From contig JBEKYR010000001.1 in the NCBI GenBank assembly GCA_049510745.1, positions 1-64,000 of the forward strand: a stretch of DNA of 64,000 bases, read 5' to 3'. This DNA comes from Verrucomicrobiota bacterium (GTDB taxonomy: Bacteria > Verrucomicrobiota > Verrucomicrobiia > Limisphaerales > Palsa-1400). Of this stretch, positions 1 through 10,082 are shown in pieces. Numbering within the stretch: position 1 is the stretch's first letter; each line of letters starts with the position of its first letter. Under the pieces are notes generated by a model. That model made no database searches and was not told the DNA's origin. It saw only the letters and a program-made list of their open reading frames with translations. Position numbers and translations under genes: made by a program.

Positions 1-2
1 CG

Positions 3-989
3 GTGCTCAATTATCTGCAGCAGAAGTATTACCAGGCCGGCTCCGCCGGCACCCTGGCGTACCAGTGGCAGGTCGACGGAACCAACATCGCCAACGCCAC
101 CAACACCTCCCTGACCCTGACCGACGTGAAACCTACAAATTCCGGCATCTACACCGTCATCGTCAGCAATGGGGTCGCCTCCACCACCAGTTCCAACGCG
201 CTGCTGATCGTGGGATGGCCGCCGAGAATTGGAGTGCAGCCGGCCAGCCAGTCGGTCGAGTCAAATTGCAGCGCCACCTTCAACGTCTCTGCCCGCGGCG
301 CTCGACCGCTGAGCTATCAATGGTGGGTAAATGGCCTGGCTTTGTCCACACAGACAAATTCCAGTCTGGCCATTGCCAGCGTCCAAGCCTCCAACTTTGG
401 CAGCTATCGTGTGGTCGTCACCAACGTCTTCGGCGCGACAACCAGCGCGGTCGCGGTGCTGGCCCTGGCTGCCCCGCCCGTGGCCAATCCGGGTATCGTC
501 CTGAGGTTTCCAGAGGGTGGGGTCCGGGTGAATGTTACTGCTTTGACGACCAATGACACCGTGGCGATGTACGATAGTTTGACCGTGATTGAGGTTAGTT
601 CCAACAGCACGGCCGGCGGCGCCGTCAGCCTGGATGGTCCGTGGATTTATTATGCGCCGCCCGCCAGCGGGGCCACCAATGATAGCTTCACCTACACCGT
701 CAGCGATGGACACTGCGGGACGGCCTTGGGAACGGCCACCGTGCAACTCCAGGCGGACAACCCACAGCCGTTGCATTTCGCCATTGGCAGAATGGGCGAT
801 GGGTCGCTCCAGTTGACCTTTGACGGGATTCCTGGTGAAACCTATCACCTCGAATACTCTGACAGCTTGTCGCCGCCGAATTGGCAGGTGTTGACCAACC
901 AAACGGGAGACGGCTTTGGGGTACTCCAGTTTGGGGACTGGCCCGTGACCAATGCTCCGGGCCGGTTTTACCGCGCCGTCTGGCCGTAG
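3..989 (+). CDS. Secreted immunoglobulin-domain protein, C-terminal part (5' end outside window): two Ig-like domains, a cadherin-like/Big_9 repeat and a C-terminal FYR-type domain
   Basis: Ig motifs LAYQWQ..G.YTVIVSN and PLSYQW..GSYRVVVTN; DSFTYTVSDG repeat; ends PGRFYRAVWP. Confidence 0.85.
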   Translation: MLNYLQQKYYQAGSAGTLAYQWQVDGTNIANATNTSLTLTDVKPTNSGIYTVIVSNGVASTTSSNALLIVGWPPRIGVQPASQSVESNCSATFNVSARGARPLSYQWWVNGLALSTQTNSSLAIASVQASNFGSYRVVVTNVFGATTSAVAVLALAAPPVANPGIVLRFPEGGVRVNVTALTTNDTVAMYDSLTVIEVSSNSTAGGAVSLDGPWIYYAPPASGATNDSFTYTVSDGHCGTALGTATVQLQADNPQPLHFAIGRMGDGSLQLTFDGIPGETYHLEYSDSLSPPNWQVLTNQTGDGFGVLQFGDWPVTNAPGRFYRAVWP

Positions 990-1115
990 CGCGTCTCTGC
1001 GACCTTCCTCCTGCGCTCCGCAGGCCACGAGGCTTTTACGCGGGAGAAATTTTTGCAACGTTTTGTTGAATTCTTCGCGGGTCTTTTTATCTTGTGCAAA
1101 GAGATTGAAACCGAA

Positions 1116-2294
1116 ATGAGCCAGGCAGCCTCACTGACAGCAGCGCGGGATATCCAGGCGGCGCGCGCCCTTTACACGCGCGTGCAGAGAGCCTTGACCG
1201 CCTTCGTGGGCCGCACTCCTTCAGCGCCAGTCTGGGAAGGCAAAAAGACGGTCATTTATGGCGCGGGCGGTTTTGGGCGCGACGTGGCCAGGGCGCTGCT
1301 GCGACAAAATGTCACGGTTTTGGGCTTTCTGGATCGGAAGGGGTCGGGGCAGCCAGTCCTAGGCGATTTGCGGGCATATTCGCCTGGCTCGTTCGAAGCA
1401 AAACGCTGGCTGACAGAAAGACCTGTCGCACTCATCGGAACGCACAATCCGACCGTATCGGTGCGGGAGATCGCCAGGCTGTTGACTGCGTCTGGTTTTA
1501 CGGAGGTGGTGACGCCGATGGAATGTTATCCGCACCTGCGGCGAGAACTGGGGTGGCGTTTTTGGCTCGGAACAAAGGAGGACTATGCTGACGCCGCCAG
1601 CCGCATTGACCAGGTGCGCGCGCTTTGGGCCGATGCGGAGAGCGAACGTTTGTTTCTCGAGACGTTGTTGTTTCGGCTCGAATTCGATCTGGAAGCGGTC
1701 ACGACAATTTCGGGCGCATCATTCCAGTATGCCGATCCCACCGTGCCGCGCTGGAAAGTGCCAGTTCGCATGGTGGATGGAGGGGCGTTCACCGGCGACA
1801 CGCTGCGCGGTCTGTTGCAACGCGGCTATCACTTCGAAGCGATCCACGCTTTCGAGCCGGATTTGGAGAATTTCAGCAGGCTCCGGGACACCGTGACGAC
1901 GCTCCTGCCGGAGACAGAAATCTCACTTTGGCCCTGCGGAATCTGGTCCAAAACGGTCCGTCTGAAATTCTCCGAGGGCGGTGGGTCAGGCAGCAAGCTC
2001 TCCGAGGCCGGAGCGGTCCATGTGCCGGTGGTAGCCCTGGACGACGTTTTGCACGCTCAGCCGGTAAGCTTGATTAAACTGGATATCGAGGGAGCTGAAG
2101 CGGACGCCTTGCAAGGCGCCCGTCGGTTGATTGAAAAATATCGTCCCGGTCTGGCGATATGTCTTTATCATTTTCCTCATCACCTCTGGTCGATCCCCCT
2201 CTGGGTCGCAGAGCTAAACCTGGCGTACCGCTTCTATTATCGGGCGTACGAGCAGAGCACTTTTGAGACGGTTCTTTACGCCCTTCCCGAATGA
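1116..2294 (+). CDS. FkbM-family SAM-dependent methyltransferase with an N-terminal Rossmann-like domain
   Basis: VDGGAFTGDT, AFEPD, IKLDIEGAE and LAICLYH motifs; IYGAGGFG N-terminal motif; ATG at 1116 preferred over the ORF-track start. Confidence 0.85.
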   Translation: MSQAASLTAARDIQAARALYTRVQRALTAFVGRTPSAPVWEGKKTVIYGAGGFGRDVARALLRQNVTVLGFLDRKGSGQPVLGDLRAYSPGSFEAKRWLTERPVALIGTHNPTVSVREIARLLTASGFTEVVTPMECYPHLRRELGWRFWLGTKEDYADAASRIDQVRALWADAESERLFLETLLFRLEFDLEAVTTISGASFQYADPTVPRWKVPVRMVDGGAFTGDTLRGLLQRGYHFEAIHAFEPDLENFSRLRDTVTTLLPETEISLWPCGIWSKTVRLKFSEGGGSGSKLSEAGAVHVPVVALDDVLHAQPVSLIKLDIEGAEADALQGARRLIEKYRPGLAICLYHFPHHLWSIPLWVAELNLAYRFYYRAYEQSTFETVLYALPE

Positions 2295-2404
2295 GTCTTG
2301 GGCGTGGCGCGATTACAAACCTCCGCTTCGCGCGGCGGGAATTGGAGCAGCGTCGTCGCCATTCCGGCAACGAACGGCGGCAGCTTGCACAAAGTTCTTT
2401 CCCG

Positions 2405-2433
2405 TTGACATGCGCCTGAGCCGACCGCATATC
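2405..2433 (+). promoter_or_regulatory. Putative sigma70 promoter for the flippase operon
   Basis: TTGACA (2405-2410), 17 bp spacer, weak -10 CATATC, then 7 nt to the GTG at 2441. Confidence 0.4.
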
Positions 2434-2440
2434 ACTGCGA

Positions 2441-3673
2441 GTGAAATTATGGCGTAGCGGCATTATTTGGTCTGTCCTCAGCTTTATCGGCGGGCTGGGG
2501 AATTATCTTTTTAGCGCCCTGATCGGCCACCGCCTCACGACCGAGGAGTTCGGTTTCACCAACAGCATGTTGGATTTCATCACTTTCCTCGGACTTCCGC
2601 TGCAAATGGTGAGCACGGCGTTGGTCCATTACATCGCCTATTTTCGCGGGAAAAACGATGACGCGCGCTTGCGGGGTCTGTTGGCCGGCTGCCAAAAATT
2701 CCTTTTAAAGGCCACCGTTGCGGGTTCCATCCTGGCCATCGTTCTGGCTGATCCTCTGGGCCGATTCTTCCATTTCCAACGCGGCAGCATGATGCTGGCG
2801 GTGTCGATTTGCGTGCTGGTGGGATTGTGGTCAGGCTTCGCCGTGGCGCTCTGCCAGGGCATGGCCTGGTTCAAGCGCCTGGCCGTCATCGGATTGGCCG
2901 CAGTCGGCCTGCGGCTGCTGTTTGGATGGTTTGTGCTCAGAAAGACTGACCCCGCTGAAATTGCCGTCTCGGCCACGACCGTCTCCCTCTTCGCCAATTT
3001 GGTCCTGCTCTACTGGTGGAAGGACATCTTCCAGCGCGACGCCGAGAAGATTTCCCCCTGGAACCGCGAATTTGTGAGTTTTTTGGTGATTACCGTCGCC
3101 ACCGTGGGAGGAAGCTATTTCTTTACCACGGGAGACGGACTGGTGGCCAAACGTTACTTCACAGGCGGCGAGAATGGCGCCTATCAGGCCGCGGCGAGGT
3201 TGGGGCGGGCGATCCCCCAAACGGTCGGCCCGTTGCTCCTGGTGATGTTCACCTCGCGCTCCGGCAGCAAGGAGGGCGCGGCCATATCCGACCAGCGCAT
3301 CCTCCTGGTTCTCTATGCTCTGGGCCTGGCTTGTGGCGCGGCTGGTCTGGTGCTCTTTCGCGGACTGTTTGTTAAATTCATTTTAAAGCCGTATAACCCG
3401 GCGGCTGCCGCCATGGTCATTCCGTATTCCATCACGATGGTGCTGATCGGCCTCAACCAGGCCATCGGCATGTGGAGCCTGGCCAACCGCTGGTTCAAAA
3501 TGGCGAGTGTCTATGGAACTCTGGGGCTGATTTACTGGCTGACGTTGTTGTATGCGGGCAAGACGCCGGCGGCCCTTCTGCACACGATGCCCATTGCCGC
3601 CGCTGTGGCGTTCTGCGTCTTATGCGCCTCCTGGCTGCTCGCCCTGCGCCGGGAACCGGCCCCTGCCGGCTGA
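2441..3673 (+). CDS. Wzx-like oligosaccharide flippase / polysaccharide biosynthesis membrane protein
   Basis: About 12 hydrophobic segments; N-terminal R.LT.EEFG pattern and G.YQAA motif typical of Wzx/MOP proteins; lies next to glycosyltransferases. Confidence 0.75.
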   Translation: MKLWRSGIIWSVLSFIGGLGNYLFSALIGHRLTTEEFGFTNSMLDFITFLGLPLQMVSTALVHYIAYFRGKNDDARLRGLLAGCQKFLLKATVAGSILAIVLADPLGRFFHFQRGSMMLAVSICVLVGLWSGFAVALCQGMAWFKRLAVIGLAAVGLRLLFGWFVLRKTDPAEIAVSATTVSLFANLVLLYWWKDIFQRDAEKISPWNREFVSFLVITVATVGGSYFFTTGDGLVAKRYFTGGENGAYQAAARLGRAIPQTVGPLLLVMFTSRSGSKEGAAISDQRILLVLYALGLACGAAGLVLFRGLFVKFILKPYNPAAAAMVIPYSITMVLIGLNQAIGMWSLANRWFKMASVYGTLGLIYWLTLLYAGKTPAALLHTMPIAAAVAFCVLCASWLLALRREPAPAG

Positions 3674-3692
3674 TGTTTTTTCCCGCGTCGCC

Positions 3693-4700
3693 GTGAACAC
3701 CCCCCTCGTTTCCATCTGCATCCTCACGTATAATCGGCCCGAGTATCTCCGCCGCGCCGTCGCATCGTGTCTGGCCCAAACCTATCCTCATTTCGAGGTC
3801 ATTATCACCGACAACAGCACGAATGATGAATCGGCCAAGCTGGCCGCATCCTGGACCGACCTGCGCCTCCACTATTACAAAAACGAGGGCAACGTCGGCG
3901 CCGTGGCCAGCGGCAACCGCGCAGTGTCGCTGTGCCAGGGTAAATACATCAAATTCTTGATGGACGATGATTTGCTCAAGCCGCGCTGCCTGGAATTGAT
4001 GACCCGGGCGCTGGAGGAAAATCCCACGGCGGCCATCTCCATGGCCCCGATGGATTTGATCGACGAATCCGACCGCCGCATTTTTCCGCGCTTCTACGTC
4101 TTTCGAACCATGCACTACCGCTATCGCTACCAACTGGGCGATGGCCTGATCGACCGCCGCCGCCTGCTGAAGGATTTTTTGACGCGCGATTATCCCTGCG
4201 TCGTTCCCAGCGGCATCATGTTCCGCGCGGAGGCCCTGCGCCGGGCCGGCCCCTTTTCCGCCGAGGCCGATTTTGCCGGCGACCTGGAGATGTGCATGAG
4301 GATCGCGCCAGAGTGGGATTTTTATTACATTGACCAAGTGCTCTCGTCCTGGCGCTTCATGCCGGTTTGCCATACCGCCAGCCTGCACCGAACCGGTTTG
4401 AAGATCAGTGTGTTCTACAACATCACCCGGCAGTGCCTGGCCAACAAGGCCGTCCAGGAGATCTTCCGCGATGATTGGAAAAGGGTCGTGCGCGACAGCT
4501 ACTTTTTCTGTTCGTGCCGGGCGTTGCTCAACGGCCTGGCCGGACTGCGGGCGCGCAGCCCCAAATTGATTCTCAACACCATCAAAACCATCGCGCGCGA
4601 AGATCGCGACCCGGTCAATTGGCTGCGCCTGCCGCTGTTCGTCTTCGAGCAGATTTGGATTTCCATCTTTCCCGCCAAAATGCCGCCGCCGCGGGAATGA
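3693..4700 (+). CDS. Glycosyltransferase family 2
   Basis: PLVSICILTYNR, DNSTND and KFLMDDD (DxD) motifs; GTG start at 3693. Confidence 0.9.
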   Translation: MNTPLVSICILTYNRPEYLRRAVASCLAQTYPHFEVIITDNSTNDESAKLAASWTDLRLHYYKNEGNVGAVASGNRAVSLCQGKYIKFLMDDDLLKPRCLELMTRALEENPTAAISMAPMDLIDESDRRIFPRFYVFRTMHYRYRYQLGDGLIDRRRLLKDFLTRDYPCVVPSGIMFRAEALRRAGPFSAEADFAGDLEMCMRIAPEWDFYYIDQVLSSWRFMPVCHTASLHRTGLKISVFYNITRQCLANKAVQEIFRDDWKRVVRDSYFFCSCRALLNGLAGLRARSPKLILNTIKTIAREDRDPVNWLRLPLFVFEQIWISIFPAKMPPPRE

Positions 4701-4710
4701 ATCACCTGCC

Positions 4711-5757
4711 ATGAACCTTGGCTTCTGGAATTTTTATCGCTTTTACAACGCCAACCGGATGTTCCAAGACAGCGCCTCCGCCTTGGGGGACGATTTGTCT
4801 TATCCTGTCGTGTACATGGCGCGCCAGTTGCGCGCCTTGGGCCACAAGGTCAACACGCTGGACATGGATGCGCTGGAGAATTTCGACGCGGCCGTGTTTC
4901 TCGATCATCCCACCGCGCTCAACGCCTACTACCGCAAATTGCGCCGCATGCCCGGGAAAAAGCTCTATCTTGTCCTGCTGGAAAATCCGGCCAACCGCCC
5001 GGACAACTACTGGCGTTGGAACCATCGCGCCTTTGAGAAGGTCTTTACGTGGAACCCGGCATGGGCCGATGGCAAGAAATACATCAAGTTTTGGCTGGCC
5101 CTCAGGCTTCCCGAAAATTTCACCATCAACCGCGCGGAAAAGACCCGCTTCTGCGTCAGCGTCGTCAGCCAGAAGTACAGCGGACATCCCAAGGAACTCT
5201 ATTCCGAACGCGTGCGCGCCATCCGCTGGTTCGAGCGGGAGCACCCGGCGGACTTCGACCTTTTTGGCAGCGGTTGGGACCGCCTCTACTTCACCGGGAA
5301 ACTCTCCCGTCTGAACCTTCTGCTGCAAAGGATTTACGCGAAATTTCCGGGCGCCTTCAAGACTCACCGCTTTCCCTCGCACCGCGGCGCGGTCAAAAGC
5401 AAAAACGCAGTCATGCGCGCCTACAAATTCGCCATCGCCTATGAGAACGCCGCCTTTCCCGGCTACGTCACGGAAAAGATTCTCGACGCCTTCTTCGCCG
5501 GGTGCGTGCCGGTTTACATCGGCGCGCCCGATGTCACGGACTATATCCCGGCTGAAACATTTATTGACAAGCGCCATTTCCGCGATTACGCCGAACTCTA
5601 CCGGTTCCTGTCCGGCATGACGGAGAAGGAATATGCCGGGCGGCTGGCGGCCATCGAAGAATTCGTCCGCGGCGAGCGCATCAAGGTGTTCGGGCCGGAG
5701 CGCTTCACCAACCTCATCCTGCAACACATCGTCGAACCGAACACGAAACGCGCTTAA
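4711..5757 (+). CDS. Glycosyltransferase family 10 (alpha-1,3/1,4-fucosyltransferase-like)
   Basis: GT10 signature YKFAIAYENAAFPGYVTEKILDAFFAGCVPVYIG. Confidence 0.88.
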   Translation: MNLGFWNFYRFYNANRMFQDSASALGDDLSYPVVYMARQLRALGHKVNTLDMDALENFDAAVFLDHPTALNAYYRKLRRMPGKKLYLVLLENPANRPDNYWRWNHRAFEKVFTWNPAWADGKKYIKFWLALRLPENFTINRAEKTRFCVSVVSQKYSGHPKELYSERVRAIRWFEREHPADFDLFGSGWDRLYFTGKLSRLNLLLQRIYAKFPGAFKTHRFPSHRGAVKSKNAVMRAYKFAIAYENAAFPGYVTEKILDAFFAGCVPVYIGAPDVTDYIPAETFIDKRHFRDYAELYRFLSGMTEKEYAGRLAAIEEFVRGERIKVFGPERFTNLILQHIVEPNTKRA

Positions 5758-5801
5758 AATCCCGATTGGCTTTGGCGGGGTTTTGTGTATCCTTGTCACA
5801 A

Positions 5802-8627
5802 ATGGCTATGAACGGAGACTCATCCGGCCCGACCCCAAAGGCGAAACGCGGCCAACTGCTGTTGTTACTCCTCCTTCTCGGAGGCACGCTGGCCGTGCTC
5901 TGCCATCAGGGTTTCCTCCCCTACAACGTCTTCTGGGCCAACGACTCCGCCTTGGGCGCGATGAAGGAAAGTTCGGCCCAACTCCCCGGCACCTTCACCG
6001 GTTATTGGGGTGATTTTTGGTGGATTGGCGGAGCCACGCCCTCCTCCTCCCCGTCTCTTTCCACGCTCTTCGCTACGGTTTTCTCTCCCGAACATTACCT
6101 GAAAGTCTATGCGCCGTTAACGATGCTGTTCCTGGGTTTCTGCGCCTGGTTTTTCTTCCGGCAATTGCGTTTTTCGGCGCTCGCCTCGGTCATCGCCGGG
6201 CTGGGCGCCGGCCTGAACATGCACTTCTTTTCCAATGCCTGTTGGGGCTTGGGCACCTGGAACGTGTGCTGCGGCATGGTCTTTGTCGCCTTGGGCATCC
6301 TGGTCAGCCCGCACGTGCGGCCGCTTTGGATCAAAGGCGCCCTGGCCGGTTTATCCGTCGGCATGGTCGTGATGGAAGGGTTCGACGTCGGCGCCATTCT
6401 CAGCGTGTATGTCGGCCTCTTTCTGGCCTTCTTCTACCTGAGCACCGAATCCAATCCCGCCACCGGCATTCTCAAAGCGCTTGGGGTTGGAGCGTTGGTC
6501 GTGTTTTTCTCCGTCTTCATTTCCGCCAGCACGCTCTACACCCTGGTCGGCACTCAAATCTCTGGCACGGCCGGCGTCGGACAAAGCGAGCGGGACAAGC
6601 AAGCGCACTGGGAGTTCACCACGCAATGGAGCATTCCGAAGCTGGAAACGTTGCGCGTCTTCATTCCGGGCCTTTTCGGCTATCGCTTGCAGGAGTTTAC
6701 GACCTCGACCAACAAGGCCGGGTCCTATTGGGGCAAGGTCGCCGAAGACCCGCGCATTGAAGAGTTGGAAAGCGGCAACCCGAAGACTCGCGTCAACGCC
6801 GCCATCTTCCTGGGCATGCCCCAGCAAATCCAGGACATCATGGCGGGCAACGACCTCAAGGCGCGCGACTCGATCCTCGACCAGCTCAAGGGCCGCCTCC
6901 AACGCCGCCACACCGGCTCCGGCGAATTCGCCGGCGTGCTGGTTTGTTTGCTCGCCGTCTTCGGTCTGGCCAGCGCAGGCCGGAGGGCCGGCTCGCCCTA
7001 TTCCAGGGACGAGCGCCGGATCGTGTGGTTTTGGGCTGGCGCGGCGCTCTTTTCGCTCCTCGCCGCCTGGGGGCAACACGGCTTTGTCTATCGTTTCGTT
7101 TATGCTCTGCCCTTTTTCGCCAATATCCGCAGCCCGATGAAGTTCATGCACCCGCTGAACATCAGCCTGATCATCTTGTGCGGCTTTGGCCTGGAAGCGC
7201 TTTACCGCGGCTATCTCCAGCCTGCCGTCAGCCGCTCCGAGTCTCTGCCCCGCCGGTTGTCGAGCTGGTGGAAAAAGGTGGCCGGCTTTGACAAATTTTG
7301 GACCATTGGCACGGTCGCGTTTTTGATCTTCTCAGTGGCCGCCTATTTTATCTTGGCCGCCTCGAAGCCCGACCTCATCACCTATCTCGAACACAACGGC
7401 TTTGACTCCACTTTGGCGCCGCAGATGGCCGGCTTCTGCGTTGGCGAGGTGGCGTTGTTTATCGTCTATTTCGCCCTCTCCGCCTGGACCATCATCTGCG
7501 TCCTCAGCGGCGCCTGGGCGGGCAGGAAGGCCGTTTGGGCCTGGATCTTTTTCAGCGCCATTATGATCTGCGACCTCTCCCGCGCCGACCTTCCCTGGAT
7601 CCGTTATTTTAACTACCAGCAAAAATACAGCATGAATCCGGTGGTGGACCTTCTTCGTCACGAGCCTTGGGAACATCGCGTCGTCTCCCGCCTTTCCCCC
7701 ATGGGACCCTACGACATCGCGCCGGACGGCAATTTTGGCGCGCTCTGCCATTGGTGGCTGGAGAATGATTACCCGTGGAACGACATCCAATCCCTCGAAA
7801 TCGACCAGGCCCCGCGCATGCCGGTGCTGGACAGCAGTTACATCGGCAACTTCGTCGTGCGCTCCGGCGACAATCTGACACCGGCCGCGCGCCTCTGGCA
7901 GTTGACCAACACCCGCTATATCTTCGCCGACGCCCGGCTGGAACCCGCGCTCAACCAATTGGCCGAACCGAAAGACAGCTTCCGCACTCTCATGCGCATG
8001 GACATGGTCAACAAACCGGGTATTGAGCTGCCCGAGGATGCCGGCGATATGACCGTCCAAACCAACAGCAACGGGGCCATCGCGCTCATTGAATTCACCC
8101 GCGCCCTGCCGCGAACCAAGCTCTATTCCAATTGGCGCGTGATGGACGACCCGGCCACGTTGCAGACTCTTGCCGCGCGGGTGTTTGATCCGGAAAAGAC
8201 GGTTCTAGTCGCCAAAGACACGCCGCTCGCGCACACCCCGGTCAACCCGGAGGCCGATCCCGGGGCGGTCAAGATCGCCCACTATCAGGCCAAAGACTTG
8301 GTCCTGCAGGCCAACGCTAAAACGCCCGCGGTGCTCCTGCTCAACGACCGGACCGGCGACGGCTGGAGCGTCTCGGTGGATCAAAAGCCGGCGGCGCTTC
8401 TGCGCTGCAATTATATCATGCGCGGCGTCTTTGTGCCGCCCGGCCAGCACACGGTGGAATTCCGCTTTCAGGCGCCGCTGAAGTTCCTCTACATCAGCGT
8501 GACCGCCTTCGCCCTTGGCCTCCTGCTGGGCGGCTACGTCATTTACATGCACTTCTGGGGCGAACCGGAACCCCCCGTCAAACCGCCGGGAAAACAGACT
8601 CCGCCCACTCCCAAGAAGGCGCCGTGA
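5802..8627 (+). CDS. YfhO-family multi-pass membrane protein (GT-C-fold glycosyltransferase)
   Basis: Many TM helices; LPFFANIRSPMKF; C-terminal GWSVSVD...CNYIMRGVFVPPGQHTVEFRF typical of YfhO. Confidence 0.8.
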   Translation: MAMNGDSSGPTPKAKRGQLLLLLLLLGGTLAVLCHQGFLPYNVFWANDSALGAMKESSAQLPGTFTGYWGDFWWIGGATPSSSPSLSTLFATVFSPEHYLKVYAPLTMLFLGFCAWFFFRQLRFSALASVIAGLGAGLNMHFFSNACWGLGTWNVCCGMVFVALGILVSPHVRPLWIKGALAGLSVGMVVMEGFDVGAILSVYVGLFLAFFYLSTESNPATGILKALGVGALVVFFSVFISASTLYTLVGTQISGTAGVGQSERDKQAHWEFTTQWSIPKLETLRVFIPGLFGYRLQEFTTSTNKAGSYWGKVAEDPRIEELESGNPKTRVNAAIFLGMPQQIQDIMAGNDLKARDSILDQLKGRLQRRHTGSGEFAGVLVCLLAVFGLASAGRRAGSPYSRDERRIVWFWAGAALFSLLAAWGQHGFVYRFVYALPFFANIRSPMKFMHPLNISLIILCGFGLEALYRGYLQPAVSRSESLPRRLSSWWKKVAGFDKFWTIGTVAFLIFSVAAYFILAASKPDLITYLEHNGFDSTLAPQMAGFCVGEVALFIVYFALSAWTIICVLSGAWAGRKAVWAWIFFSAIMICDLSRADLPWIRYFNYQQKYSMNPVVDLLRHEPWEHRVVSRLSPMGPYDIAPDGNFGALCHWWLENDYPWNDIQSLEIDQAPRMPVLDSSYIGNFVVRSGDNLTPAARLWQLTNTRYIFADARLEPALNQLAEPKDSFRTLMRMDMVNKPGIELPEDAGDMTVQTNSNGAIALIEFTRALPRTKLYSNWRVMDDPATLQTLAARVFDPEKTVLVAKDTPLAHTPVNPEADPGAVKIAHYQAKDLVLQANAKTPAVLLLNDRTGDGWSVSVDQKPAALLRCNYIMRGVFVPPGQHTVEFRFQAPLKFLYISVTAFALGLLLGGYVIYMHFWGEPEPPVKPPGKQTPPTPKKAP

Positions 8628-8636
8628 GCAGACGGC

Positions 8637-8993
8637 TTAAGCCGCAGCTTTGCCCTTGCCGCGCGACCGGAGGCGCTGCACCTGCTCCGCGCACACGCGG
8701 GGCAGCCGGCCCTTGGAGGGAACGTTCTGCTCCAGGATATAGCTGGGCGATTGGTGCAGCCGGCGGCGGTACTTGAGTTTGCGCCGCATGCGCTCCCGCG
8801 CCGCGACAGTATGTCTCAGACAGTAAACGCCGAGGGCAGGCTCGCCGCACGTCAGGCACAGGCCGCGCGCCTTCTTCCGCGCCATGTGGATTTGCTGGCG
8901 GGACATCGGAGTGCCGTCCGCTTTGAGCATTCCCGTAAATTGGTCGCGAATCTTTTTTCGGCTCCAACTCTTGCGTTTCTTGCGTAGTTTCAT
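8637..8993 (-). CDS. Small, very basic hypothetical protein with a CxxC-x8-CxxH putative zinc finger
   Basis: GLCLTCGEPALGVYCLRH; Arg/Lys-rich; fills the gap between the yfhO-like and ubiA-like genes; ATG at 8993. Confidence 0.6.
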   Translation of the reverse strand: MKLRKKRKSWSRKKIRDQFTGMLKADGTPMSRQQIHMARKKARGLCLTCGEPALGVYCLRHTVAARERMRRKLKYRRRLHQSPSYILEQNVPSKGRLPRVCAEQVQRLRSRGKGKAAA

Positions 8994-9150
8994 AGTCAGG
9001 CTCCGCTCGAATTTTTGTTTCAATATACGCGATTCTCCCGAAAAGCGCGAGGGCCAGAGTCAATTATTTTCATAAAAGTGTCAAGAAAATGCCGAAATCA
9101 GGGAAACCCCTGCTCTCCGTCGCTTCCTCCCCCCGTGGCGGCGGCCCTTT

Positions 9151-10062
9151 TCACGTCGCCGGGATGAACCGCTGCAGGATCAGCGCCAGCACAAACCAAA
9201 GCGCAAACAGCCCGTTCCACGGTTCGCCGGCGCCGGCCACCGCCAGCAAATCCACCAGCACGATGCCCGCCAGCAGGCGCGACACGGTGTAGCCGACGTT
9301 GGCGCCGGCCCGGTCCAGGCTGCGGCTCAATGCCCAGCACGACCACACCGCCAGCACCAATGAGAATGCCGCCGCCGCCATCCACGAGGGGCCGTCATCG
9401 ATCAATGCCGCCATCAGAACCGGCGCCGCCAGCAGCAGGCCCGGCCAGAATTGGATCCGCGCCCGGCTGCTCTCCTTGCGCGCCAGGCAACTCAAACCGA
9501 CGATGTAGGCCCCCAGCGCCAACCCCTTCCAAATCGCCTCCCCAGTCACGCCCCGCGCCCCTGCCGATGCCGCCACCAGATAAAGCAGAAGCCGGCAGGC
9601 GCCCATCAACACCGGCGCGACCGGGAGGATTTTGTGCGCGGCGTTGTAAAACAAAATGCACGCGCACAACGCCAGCGTCAATGAGATCGTCGTCCCGCCC
9701 AGCCACGACACGCCGGCCAGGCCCAGCGCCAGCCAGGCAAAGCCCCATTGCCACACTTCGCGCTGGCTGACGGCCCCGGCCGGAATCGGCCGGGTGCGCC
9801 GGTTGTTCCGGTCGAATTCCGCGTCAAACGCGTCGTTCAAAAACATGCCGCCGGTGTAAAGAAAACTGGCGGAGATCGAGACACACGCCAGCGTGGCCCG
9901 ACTTCCACCCCCGCCCAGGCACCACCCCGCCAGGCAATTCGACCAGATGGTGGGAAGATTTGAGACCCGTCCCAGGACCAGGAGGGTGCGCAACTTTGAT
10001 GGACGCTCCAGCAGATTCAACGTTTGGACCGGAAGTGTAGGGTCTGGCCGCCCAATCGCCAA
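9151..10062 (-). CDS. UbiA-family prenyltransferase (EboC-like)
   Basis: LGRVSNLPT and GGMFLNDAFDAEFD...RPIPAG motifs; YN..HK; multi-TM; exact start uncertain. Confidence 0.85.
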   Translation of the reverse strand: MAIGRPDPTLPVQTLNLLERPSKLRTLLVLGRVSNLPTIWSNCLAGWCLGGGGSRATLACVSISASFLYTGGMFLNDAFDAEFDRNNRRTRPIPAGAVSQREVWQWGFAWLALGLAGVSWLGGTTISLTLALCACILFYNAAHKILPVAPVLMGACRLLLYLVAASAGARGVTGEAIWKGLALGAYIVGLSCLARKESSRARIQFWPGLLLAAPVLMAALIDDGPSWMAAAAFSLVLAVWSCWALSRSLDRAGANVGYTVSRLLAGIVLVDLLAVAGAGEPWNGLFALWFVLALILQRFIPAT

Positions 10063-10082
10063 TCTTTAACCATCCAGGGGGC

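Noticed and set aside
5756..5785. Intrinsic terminator after the GT10 gene
   Set aside because: The stem is weak with a large loop, and the sequence fits a promoter for the next gene equally well
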